Shown here piece by piece: positions 1 through 6,782 of a stretch of 45,137 nucleotides of DNA. Source of the stretch: a virus (taxonomy: Duplodnaviria > Caudoviricetes); IMG/VR virus record IMGVR_UViG_3300049070_000098, positions 1-45,137 of that record; one strand, given 5' to 3'. The notes under the pieces were generated by a model. It did not search any database. It saw nothing but the letters and a program-made list of their open reading frames with translations, and was not told where the DNA came from. Position numbers and translations under genes: made by a program. Position 1 is the first letter of the stretch. Each line of letters begins with the position of its first letter.

Positions 1-171
1 GCCCTGCTTATATGTGGGTAGGACGTGCCAATAAGTTCCCACATGCTCCTGGGATTTGCACGTGCAAAGATTCAATGCCATCAGGTCCTTACCTGCTCGA
101 CGATGCCACACACAACATCCCCTCAACCCGGGGATATTCTGCTGCATGTAGGTCCACGCAGGTATCTGGTA
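1..171. repeat. Terminal direct repeat, left copy (circular assembly overlap)
   Basis: 1-171 is identical to 44967-45137 except T44 vs C45010. Confidence 0.97.
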
Positions 172-210
172 TACCCTGGGCGTATAGTTGAATGGAAGCT
201 CTATCGTCAT
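1..210 (-). CDS. terL: Terminase large subunit, N-terminal part (continues across the junction into 43830..45137)
   Basis: ATG at 210 overlaps the upstream TGA (ATGA). It reads MTIELPFNYTPRVYQIPAWTYMQQNIPG, in frame with the 43830..45113 ORF; the PRxYQ motif precedes the HRRAGKD Walker A. Confidence 0.9.
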   Translation of the reverse strand, partial: MTIELPFNYTPRVYQIPAWTYMQQNIPGLRGCCVWHRRAGKDLMALNLCTCKSQEHVGTYWHVLPTYKQG

Positions 211-689
211 CCGTTCCCTATCTGCTTGGGGTTGAGGTCGAACGTGCGAACCTGGCCCTCTTGGATGTCCCCGAACTTCTTGACGTATACCGTGAGGGTG
301 TGGTCCACAGTGCCTTGAACCTCGATCGACTTAAGCTTGGGCATACGATACTGTAGGAGTTCCGTCCAGATCTTGATCCGCTGGTCGTTGGACAGCTTCG
401 GAGTGCCGTCCGAATTCATCTCGAGTGTGGCCTTGATGAGCTCCTCGGCTGGCTCAATGCCATACTTCCTGCAGATCTCATCAAGTGTCCTGTGGCGGTC
501 AGCTGGCGTCAGCTTCCTAGAGCGCTGCTCGCGCTCGACCTGATCTCGGAGCTCCTGATTCTCCTTCTCGAGGCGGTCCACAGTCCCCAATGCAGCGATG
601 TGCTCCTGTGCTGGAGGCCATGGGCGTCCGGCAGCGAGACACTCTTCCCGCTGCCGGATCTCTTCAACTGTTAGAACGGCCGTTCTCAC
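207..689 (-). CDS. terS: Probable terminase small subunit
   Basis: Directly upstream of and coupled to terL; helical protein with an ELLQYRMPKLKSIEV segment typical of phage small terminases. Confidence 0.65.
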   Translation of the reverse strand: MRTAVLTVEEIRQREECLAAGRPWPPAQEHIAALGTVDRLEKENQELRDQVEREQRSRKLTPADRHRTLDEICRKYGIEPAEELIKATLEMNSDGTPKLSNDQRIKIWTELLQYRMPKLKSIEVQGTVDHTLTVYVKKFGDIQEGQVRTFDLNPKQIGNG

Positions 690-1054
690 TTGCCATCGTC
701 CGTGTGGGAATCCTCAATGTGCTTCGTGAGGGCGCGCGTGTTCTGATATCTCGACCAGCCCGCGACCCCCAGCGCCAAGGCTGATGCAGCAAGCGATCCC
801 CAGGGCCCCATGGTATTCAGGGTTTGGTTGATGCCCGTGATCAGTTGGTCGTTTGGCAGGGTGCCTGGGTGATTGACCCAGTTTGTTGCGTAATAGCCTG
901 GCGACACAGTCCCATCAGGCAGGGGCGTCGGAGGCACATACTTGACTACTGGGGATGACACGGGCGCCTTATACGTGAGGGGCGCGCAGGCGGACAGGGC
1001 TATTAGCGTGATTGCTGCGACGATGGACAGCGTCGCGATTATTCGGACCTTCAT
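686..1054 (-). CDS. Lipoprotein with a C-terminal hydrophobic segment (unimolecular-spanin-like)
   Basis: Start reassigned to ATG 1054 (AGAAAGG SD, promoter at 1133-1105); signal peptide with lipobox LSA-C; C-terminal GPWGSLAASALALGVAGW. Confidence 0.6.
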   Translation of the reverse strand: MKVRIIATLSIVAAITLIALSACAPLTYKAPVSSPVVKYVPPTPLPDGTVSPGYYATNWVNHPGTLPNDQLITGINQTLNTMGPWGSLAASALALGVAGWSRYQNTRALTKHIEDSHTDDGK

Positions 1055-1104
1055 ATGACCTTTCTGGTATGTGGGGTGCTGCCCACGTTTTGTTGCTCGT
1101 GATG

Positions 1105-1133
1105 AGCATAATGTCGGTAAATTTTTCTGTAAA
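1105..1133 (-). promoter_or_regulatory. Leftward promoter TTTACA-N17-TATGCT driving the packaging/structural arm
   Basis: Matches the TTTAC-N17-TANNNT family found 8 times in this genome. Confidence 0.7.
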
Positions 1134-1599
1134 CAGATAAGTGGCGCGGATGTCGAGGGTCTTGAACTAATAACCTCAATTCGGGGGCCACCTAAGTTGT
1201 TCTGAGGGAGGTGCTTATGGCATATTACGGATCTAATAACTTGCACAAAATTTTCCTGGATCGCAGGTCATCCGCATCGTAAATCCTAGAACTTGCAGAT
1301 TTATCCGCATCGCAGGTTGCTAGGAATGACGAGGCAGGAATTTAGGTTGGTTTCCCCATGATGATGATCCTGAAAAGACCCCCTGGGCCCATGTTTTGTG
1401 AATCTTCGATGGGGTTCCTGGCTATTGACGCGCTCGCCGACTAGCACGAACCCCTTGATATGCGATGAGGAGCCGCGATCATGAGTCGGAGCTCATCCAA
1501 CTAGCACCCGAATTGACCTTTTATGATTCAGGACACATGTTACCATCGACCCCTCATCCATCACCAATCGGCCAAAAACAATCAATCGTTTCCAAAACT

Positions 1600-1770
1600 G
1601 TTATTGGCGTTATTAACCCCGTATATTACCCTAATACAATGTCCTCTATATAGGGCCGTGAACGAGTTATTACGGTTATTAGAGTTATTGACCTTTTTAA
1701 AAAATTGATCACTCAAAAATCATGTCTCATTTTATCCTACACCAATATCTCTAATAATAGCACAATACCG
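1600..1770. repeat. GTTATT repeats at 9-bp spacing next to an AT-rich palindrome; candidate replication origin
   Basis: GTTATT at 1600, 1609, 1666, 1675 and 1684; TTTTTAAAAA near 1694-1703; located in the divergent intergenic region. Confidence 0.5.
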
Positions 1771-1783
1771 ACATCCTAAGTAA

Positions 1784-1812
1784 TTGACTGGAATATACTT
1801 ACAACTTATTAT
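1784..1812 (+). promoter_or_regulatory. Sigma70-type early promoter TTGACT-N17-TATTAT
   Basis: Near-consensus hexamers with a 17-bp spacer upstream of the first + strand genes. Confidence 0.65.
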
Positions 1813-1885
1813 CCGAATAATATTCGTAAATATCAACTTAACACCAGCTCCAAACCCTATCAGGGACTAATAAGCTTCTCCTCTT

Positions 1886-2071
1886 ATGCATCTACGAACA
1901 CACTTCCTATATAAGGACCAAGCACACCATTTCGCTTCCCTCATCATATCGTTCCCAAAACTACACACACTATTTTGCTACGAACATCCTGCGCCAACAA
2001 GCCATTATGAAGAGCCGGGCTTATTGTCACAGGATCTTCTACCAAAATTCAACGTTCGTTCCTCACGTTGA
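1886..2071 (+). CDS. Possible small early protein
   Basis: 61-aa ORF downstream of the 1784 promoter; no motif. Confidence 0.3.
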   Translation: MHLRTHFLYKDQAHHFASLIISFPKLHTLFCYEHPAPTSHYEEPGLLSQDLLPKFNVRSSR

Positions 2072-2104
2072 CCGTGTCTGTAGTTTTACTTAAAAAGGAA
2101 CGAT

Positions 2105-2362
2105 ATGATGAGGGAAGCTCCAAAATACAAAATACAAGGTAAAATACACGTCGACCAAGAAGAGGACAACTCCTACACTGTATCGCTCCAACACGCCACC
2201 ATCACCGATAAACGCAACAACAAATATCCCCTCACCAACGACCTCGACAAGTTTAACGTAAACAACCCCAACATTCACCTCGCACGCTCCGAATTCTTTC
2301 AACGCTGGACGCAATACACAAAGCGTCGCTTCGGTTGCTTCATATTCCTAACCCTCGAATAA
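2105..2362 (+). CDS. Hypothetical early protein
   Basis: AAGGA SD upstream; C/A-ending codon bias; tandem gene packing. Confidence 0.65.
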   Translation: MMREAPKYKIQGKIHVDQEEDNSYTVSLQHATITDKRNNKYPLTNDLDKFNVNNPNIHLARSEFFQRWTQYTKRRFGCFIFLTLE

Positions 2363-2366
2363 TCAT

Positions 2367-2585
2367 ATGCAACACGTCATAAATATCGTAATCGACATCC
2401 AAGCTCCAATCACCACTGTACCATTCGCAAAAGCACACCAGGACTTCAAGCACAACATCGCTGAATACGTCCAAGAGCAAATCATCAAGCTCGAAGGATC
2501 CGACACCAAATCAGAAGTTCAAGCACTCCTCATTGACACATACGACTGCATCATCCCACTCGGATACGCACTCACTAAAATTTAA
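2367..2585 (+). CDS. Hypothetical early protein
   Basis: Tightly packed ORF with the same codon bias. Confidence 0.65.
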   Translation: MQHVINIVIDIQAPITTVPFAKAHQDFKHNIAEYVQEQIIKLEGSDTKSEVQALLIDTYDCIIPLGYALTKI

Positions 2586-2589
2586 CCCG

Positions 2590-2618
2590 TTTACAACACT
2601 ATGATCGCAATATACGAT
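2590..2618 (+). promoter_or_regulatory. Promoter TTTACA-N17-TACGAT (leaderless, ATG at 2625)
   Basis: Promoter family match; ATG 6 nt after the -10. Confidence 0.6.
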
Positions 2619-2624
2619 ACAAAG

Positions 2625-2915
2625 ATGGCCAAACCCCAAACCATCTTCCCAGACCTCCTCATCATGCACAAGCTCTATAACGACGCCAAATTTGACGAAT
2701 ACGCGTGTCACTGCACCGAAACCCCAGAACACTGTAGCTGCATCCTTGACTGGTGCACCCAAACCCTAAGCGAAGACGGAACACGCTTCTGCTTCGACAT
2801 ACAATCCAACTTTTGGATCGCGCTTTTCAAACCACCACTCCCCAAGCCATATCGAATCGACCTAATTCACCACACAGCAGACCACCTCTGGATCACCCAC
2901 TTCCTACTCAACTAA
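2625..2915 (+). CDS. Hypothetical early protein, Cys-rich (CHC...CSC), possibly metal-binding
   Basis: Start moved from 2601 to 2625 to fit the leaderless promoter geometry. Confidence 0.6.
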   Translation: MAKPQTIFPDLLIMHKLYNDAKFDEYACHCTETPEHCSCILDWCTQTLSEDGTRFCFDIQSNFWIALFKPPLPKPYRIDLIHHTADHLWITHFLLN

Positions 2916-2916
2916 C

Positions 2917-3081
2917 ATGAAGACGCTACTATCAATCTGCATCCTCATAAATCGAATACAAATCACTTTCCAAATCAAAATGCTTTCGAAGCCGGTCAAG
3001 TCACAGCCGACTCCGATAACACACCACGTGACAATAAACCGCGATCACATTGATCGCTACATCAAAACACACCATGAGTAA
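2917..3081 (+). CDS. Small hypothetical protein (54 aa, not in ORF track)
   Basis: MKTLLSICILINRIQITFQIK...HHE; fills the gap and overlaps the next ATG at 3074. Confidence 0.45.
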   Translation: MKTLLSICILINRIQITFQIKMLSKPVKSQPTPITHHVTINRDHIDRYIKTHHE

Positions 3082-3694
3082 ACCAACCAAATACCAAGGT
3101 CCCGAAATCTATCGCGACCTCAACCAAGACAACAAGAACCTCAAGCTCTGCCTCATCTTTCCCGAGGGCAGCGACCCCAAGTGGCATAAGTATTTAAGCC
3201 GCAAGGACTGCACCCTCACCGACAAGGACATCAAAATGTGCTACGTCGACTGGGATGCCCTCGAACAGGACAAGCAATGGCAACTCCCACAACTCGAAGA
3301 AGAACACAAAAAACTCTTCAACGCACCCATCCCCAACAAGCTAAACCGTGCTGAAGCCACCGTCATCATCTACCACAAATGGTGCGCCCTCGCCATCGAC
3401 CACACCAAAGATGCCAAGTCCTCTGGCAAGAAATCCACACTCGATTCACGCGTCTACACTCGAGTCTTCGTTGACGGAAAAGCTACCACAGCAAACCTCA
3501 AAACTCCCCAAGCAATGGCATGCCTCAAAATCTTCGAAGAATCCATGAATGACAAGCACCAAATTACCGAAGCCGAACTCAAAGCCAAGATAATTGAACG
3601 CGCTGCCGAACTCAAAACCCGACAAGACCCCTGGAGAATCTTCCAATACTATCGACCGCAACTCATCCAGGCCAAACTCATCACCCACAACTAG
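3074..3694 (+). CDS. Early protein with C-terminal putative winged-helix DNA-binding domain
   Basis: C-terminal PQA...TRQDPWRIFQYY domain shared with 5715..6071. Confidence 0.7.
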   Translation: MSKPTKYQGPEIYRDLNQDNKNLKLCLIFPEGSDPKWHKYLSRKDCTLTDKDIKMCYVDWDALEQDKQWQLPQLEEEHKKLFNAPIPNKLNRAEATVIIYHKWCALAIDHTKDAKSSGKKSTLDSRVYTRVFVDGKATTANLKTPQAMACLKIFEESMNDKHQITEAELKAKIIERAAELKTRQDPWRIFQYYRPQLIQAKLITHN

Positions 3695-3739
3695 CCAATC
3701 ACGCGAACGGGGAAGTCACTAACCCTTCGCATCAACAAT

Positions 3740-3982
3740 ATGCAAAATAAAGCTTTTCTCACAATCATTCTTCCAGGACAAATCATCAGTGTCGAAAATA
3801 ATCACATCAAAATTTCCGTCGAACCAGGCCCTCCACCCATTACCGAAAAATTCTTTGACGAAATGCACAAACAACTTGGAGCTACCAAAGCCATACGACT
3901 ACATGATGAATTAGTTGATGACATAACCGAACGCTATATTCAACAACTAATTCGCATCGAATCCACCAAATATGAGTCGTAA
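3740..3982 (+). CDS. Hypothetical early protein
   Basis: ORF with regional codon bias, coupled to the next ORF. Confidence 0.6.
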   Translation: MQNKAFLTIILPGQIISVENNHIKISVEPGPPPITEKFFDEMHKQLGATKAIRLHDELVDDITERYIQQLIRIESTKYES

Positions 3983-4076
3983 ACGCGCATCACGAATCTG
4001 GCTCCTTCTCACCCTCCTCATTCCCCTATGCTTGTGGATACTATGCCAAATTCTCCGGCATAAGATCCTCAAGTAA
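3972..4076 (+). CDS. Small single-pass membrane protein (34 aa, not in ORF track)
   Basis: MSRKRASRIWLLLTLLIPLCLWILCQILRHKILK: basic N-terminus plus a TM helix. Confidence 0.55.
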   Translation: MSRKRASRIWLLLTLLIPLCLWILCQILRHKILK

Positions 4077-4091
4077 CCTTCTCCCTTCACC

Positions 4092-4286
4092 ATGGCGGAA
4101 CTAACCACTCCGCCACTCTTCATTCCAGGACTCGGCCCGCATGTGCGGCTTACCGCTTGTTTTCTGAGCAACAGCGAGGGAAACAGACTGGAAGATGTGT
4201 TACCACAGGACAAAATTGGGCACTCAATTATATACCCTAATTGGCCATGCGGCCCACCTAAAGGTTCATTGCGTGACGACTCGTAA
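4092..4286 (+). CDS. Hypothetical protein
   Basis: 64-aa ORF filling the gap before the next promoter. Confidence 0.4.
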   Translation: MAELTTPPLFIPGLGPHVRLTACFLSNSEGNRLEDVLPQDKIGHSIIYPNWPCGPPKGSLRDDS

Positions 4287-4319
4287 TGCCACAATGATAA
4301 ATGGATCATAACTATGCAG

Positions 4320-4348
4320 TTTACTTGATATGCATCCCGTGATATGTT
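4320..4348 (+). promoter_or_regulatory. Promoter TTTACT-N17-TATGTT (leaderless, GTG at 4355)
   Basis: Promoter family match; start codon 6 nt after the -10. Confidence 0.65.
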
Positions 4349-4354
4349 ACTTAT

Positions 4355-4606
4355 GTGAAAGAACAAGAAAATCAAGTCGATATCGAGAACCCCGGATGGG
4401 AGGCACTGCATGCATATCGACTCTACATATACCCAAATAACCTCGTAGTGCTGACAAATGCCTCTGAAACAGAGTTCAGGGCAGCAGTTACTAGGATGGG
4501 AAAGCTTGCTGAAGAGGGGAATGGCAAGAATATCGAGGAGGTCCTCTACAACATGGGATTCTTCGCGGTAGCGGGTAATTACACGGGAGTGGAAGTGGAC
4601 TTCTAA
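4355..4606 (+). CDS. Hypothetical protein
   Basis: ORF begins at the predicted TSS. Confidence 0.65.
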   Translation: MKEQENQVDIENPGWEALHAYRLYIYPNNLVVLTNASETEFRAAVTRMGKLAEEGNGKNIEEVLYNMGFFAVAGNYTGVEVDF

Positions 4607-4623
4607 CCTTATGAGGAAATCTT

Positions 4624-4854
4624 ATGAGCAACGAACAGCGAGACAGCCGGGAACCCCTGAATCGGACCTTCAATCCGGAGGACATTCGGGTGGGGGATCG
4701 AGTCAGGCTCCGTGACAAGGTCACGGAAAAGCCAACGGGTCCAGTGATGCGAGTGCAGCATGTGGGCGGAACATACAACAATAAGGTGTATTGCGCGGAA
4801 ATCGGACACGAGCTTTACGCGACCCTCTTCAAGAGGGTGGGAGGTGCGAGGTGA
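4624..4854 (+). CDS. Small SH3/KOW-like protein (DUF2158/YodC-like pattern)
   Basis: GAGGA SD; IRVGDRVRL...GPVMRV motif. Confidence 0.55.
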   Translation: MSNEQRDSREPLNRTFNPEDIRVGDRVRLRDKVTEKPTGPVMRVQHVGGTYNNKVYCAEIGHELYATLFKRVGGAR

Positions 4855-5031
4855 AATACACCCTTGCGGACAATGAACGACAAGCTCTGCTTCATCAGGG
4901 ACACTCTCGTTCCTGATCTGCGTGAGAGTGGCAGAGATGCAACAGCAGACGATTTTGAGGTGCTCTGTGACCATGGTGGAGCAATTGGTTGTGGAGGGAC
5001 GACCACCAGAGAACCAACTAACCAACTAACT

Positions 5032-5295
5032 ATGTTTACCATCTGGAAGTTTGAACTCGCTGATGTGGATGAGCAGGTGATTGAGATGCCACAAGATGCG
5101 AAGATCTTGTCGACGCAGGTTCAGGTCAGCACTATTTGTTTGTGGGCGATCGTGGATACGAAAAAACCTCGCGTCGGACGACAATTCATCACGCTTGGGA
5201 CTGGGCAACCATATCCACTGGATTGTGACCTGAAGTTTATTGGAACAGTTCAGCAGGGCTCCCTCGTCTGGCACATCTTCGAGGTTGGGTTGTGA
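5032..5295 (+). CDS. Conserved-looking small phage beta-rich protein; an in-frame upstream extension from 4864/4873 is possible
   Basis: TIWKFEL...ICLWAIVD...GTGQP...FIGTVQQGSLVWHIFE pattern common in phages. Confidence 0.65.
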   Translation: MFTIWKFELADVDEQVIEMPQDAKILSTQVQVSTICLWAIVDTKKPRVGRQFITLGTGQPYPLDCDLKFIGTVQQGSLVWHIFEVGL

Positions 5296-5513
5296 AGCTC
5301 TGGTGCGTCTACCACGTGAGCCTGAGGAGGACCCCGATCTCCCTACTGAGGAGGCACACTCCCATGTTCGCGTGTTCATGGAGGTGGGCGGCAAATCTCT
5401 GGATGACCCTGTATTGGTGGTGGCACTATGAGTCGTGCTACATTCAGGAGGCATTCGAGGATGAGATGCCACGAGCTGATTGGGTGGAGGATCACGTGCA
5501 GGAGGGGCCATAG
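5292..5513 (+). CDS. Hypothetical Trp-rich protein
   Basis: GTGA overlap with the upstream stop. Confidence 0.45.
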   Translation: MKLWCVYHVSLRRTPISLLRRHTPMFACSWRWAANLWMTLYWWWHYESCYIQEAFEDEMPRADWVEDHVQEGP

Positions 5514-5541
5514 TTTGTGGCTACGAAAGAGCATTTCCAAG

Positions 5542-5570
5542 TTTACAGATGAGTTTTTGCACACTATAGT
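5542..5570 (+). promoter_or_regulatory. Promoter TTTACA-N17-TATAGT
   Basis: Promoter family match upstream of the structured leader and 5715 gene. Confidence 0.7.
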
Positions 5571-5580
5571 GTATGCGGAT

Positions 5581-5686
5581 TATGAGTCATCGACAACGTG
5601 GATGGCAGAAAACCGCCATGTGTCCGGCCTTCCCCGGATTCCTCGACATCGCGCTAGTATCCCATCCACGTTCTCGGTGACTCATG
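5581..5686 (+). ncRNA. Rod-like structured RNA / 5' leader
   Basis: 5581-5593 pairs with 5674-5686; 5595-5605 with 5662-5672; inner TCCGG/CCGGA hairpin. Confidence 0.6.
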
Positions 5687-5714
5687 CAACAACAAACCAA
5701 AAGAAAGGTAACGT

Positions 5715-6071
5715 ATGGCAGCTCCAGTAGCCAAGGGCACGAAGGCCCCGGCAACCACAGTAACACCCCCAGCCGCGCCGGATAAGGCCGCCGAGAAGGC
5801 AGCCAAGGAGGAGAAAGCGGCGAAGGATCGATTCATTCGCGTCATGAAGGACGGGAAGGGCGTCGACTCCAACGGGAAGAAGCTCCCGCCCCAGGCGCAG
5901 GGCATTTGCAACATCCTCGAAGCGGCTGGCGACAAGGGCCTGACGCGCGAAGAACTCGTGGCGAAGATGAAGGGCGTCATCCAGACCCGTCAGCCCGAGG
6001 GTCGCATCCTGTCCTATTACCAGAAGGCCATCGTTGCGCGCGGCATGGTGAAGCTCGTCGAGGGCGCGTAG
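5715..6071 (+). CDS. Basic putative DNA-binding (winged-helix-like) protein with Ala/Lys/Pro-rich N-terminal tail
   Basis: Strong AAGAAAGG SD; strongly C/G-ending codons; PQA...TRQPEGRILSYY domain paralogous to 3074..3694. Confidence 0.8.
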   Translation: MAAPVAKGTKAPATTVTPPAAPDKAAEKAAKEEKAAKDRFIRVMKDGKGVDSNGKKLPPQAQGICNILEAAGDKGLTREELVAKMKGVIQTRQPEGRILSYYQKAIVARGMVKLVEGA

Positions 6072-6085
6072 CCCGTCAACAGCAC

Positions 6086-6130
6086 GAGTGGCGTGATCCA
6101 CAAAGGTGAGATCACGCCACTCCTCTGTTT
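6086..6130 (+). terminator. Intrinsic terminator-like hairpin
   Basis: GAGTGGCGTGATC/GATCACGCCACTC 13-bp stem followed by CTCTGTTT. Confidence 0.65.
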
Positions 6131-6156
6131 ACGGATACAATCATCTGTGATATATT
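6128..6156 (+). promoter_or_regulatory. Promoter TTTACG-N17-TATATT (leaderless, ATG at 6163)
   Basis: Promoter family match; ATG 6 nt after the -10. Confidence 0.65.
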
Positions 6157-6162
6157 GCTACT

Positions 6163-6327
6163 ATGGATGAACAACTAATAGCTGAAGCAAAGGCGCATCG
6201 CCTGTGGCCTGCGTTTGAGGATTATGCTGTTGAGGAAAACATAGGCCTCGGGGAGCCTGACGATTGGTTTCCATGGTGGTCATGCTTCAAAGCGGGAATA
6301 GATGCCCAAATAGCGGAGGAATCTTGA
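6163..6327 (+). CDS. Small acidic protein (54 aa, not in ORF track)
   Basis: MDEQLIAEAKAHRLWPAFEDYAVEENIGLGEPDDWFPWWSCFKAGIDAQIAEES; starts at the predicted TSS. Confidence 0.65.
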   Translation: MDEQLIAEAKAHRLWPAFEDYAVEENIGLGEPDDWFPWWSCFKAGIDAQIAEES

Positions 6328-6332
6328 TTTAT

Positions 6333-6451
6333 GCGAGGGTGGCGGAATGGTAGACGCTATGGGCCCGAGGCCGGTGTCAGGATTGGGACCCACGTACGGG
6401 GTATCACCCACATAAATCCAATCCATGCAGGTTCGAGTCCTGCCCCTCGCT
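6333..6451 (+). tRNA. Aberrant tRNA-like RNA (Leu/Ser-type D and T arms, degenerate anticodon arm, enlarged middle)
   Basis: Acceptor GCGAGGG/CCCTCGC; D arm GCG-GAATGGTAGA-CGC; T arm GCAGG-TTCGAGT-CCTGC; 69 nt between D and T arms; no encoded CCA. Confidence 0.75.
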
Positions 6452-6462
6452 TCAATATTTTC

Positions 6463-6559
6463 GAGTGGGCGGGTGGAATGAGCCACGGAGTTCTATGAAA
6501 AGCACGTCTTCGACCGCGGCAAGTTACGTGCTCTCGTCGGTGGCGGCCCAGTCCCACTC
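6463..6559 (+). ncRNA. Putative structured ncRNA (irregular long hairpin)
   Basis: GAGTGGG/CCCACTC, GCCAC/GTGGC, AGCACGT/ACGTGCT and CTT/AAG nested helices; intergenic. Confidence 0.55.
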
Positions 6560-6568
6560 CTTACTTTT

Positions 6569-6778
6569 ATGGGAATGATGCGGAACATTTATCGACGTGC
6601 GCAGAAGATTGAGGCGCTCGTGACGAATCCACACTGGGAGCCGGCTCGCATTGTGCGGCTCAGCCAGCTGATTCAGGATGAATTGAACGTGGTCGAGGAG
6701 TTCATGGCTGGGCGAGTTACTCAGGAGGAGTTGGAGAAGAAGGCGAAGGATATTCAGGAGCGTGAGGATAAGATCTAA
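6569..6778 (+). CDS. Hypothetical helical protein
   Basis: ORF between two structured RNAs. Confidence 0.6.
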   Translation: MGMMRNIYRRAQKIEALVTNPHWEPARIVRLSQLIQDELNVVEEFMAGRVTQEELEKKAKDIQEREDKI

Positions 6779-6782
6779 TTTA

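Noticed and set aside
1-171. Biological direct terminal repeat (T7-like)
   Set aside because: It falls in the middle of terL, so it is better explained as an assembly overlap
1055-1246. N-terminal 64 aa of the 686..1246 ORF
   Set aside because: It spans the promoter at 1133-1105; the SD and signal peptide fit a start at 1054
1600-1690. CRISPR array
   Set aside because: Repeats are 6 bp with 3-bp spacers; no 25-40 bp repeat-spacer structure anywhere in the window
1780-4320. G-poor region as restriction-site avoidance
   Set aside because: GTCGAC, GAATTC, GGATCC, CTCGAG and AAGCTT sites still occur within it
6333-6451. Functional tRNA-Leu(GAG) or tRNA-Ser(CGA), or tmRNA
   Set aside because: No well-formed anticodon stem-loop; lacks tmRNA GGGG/CCACCA ends, G3:U70 and a tag ORF
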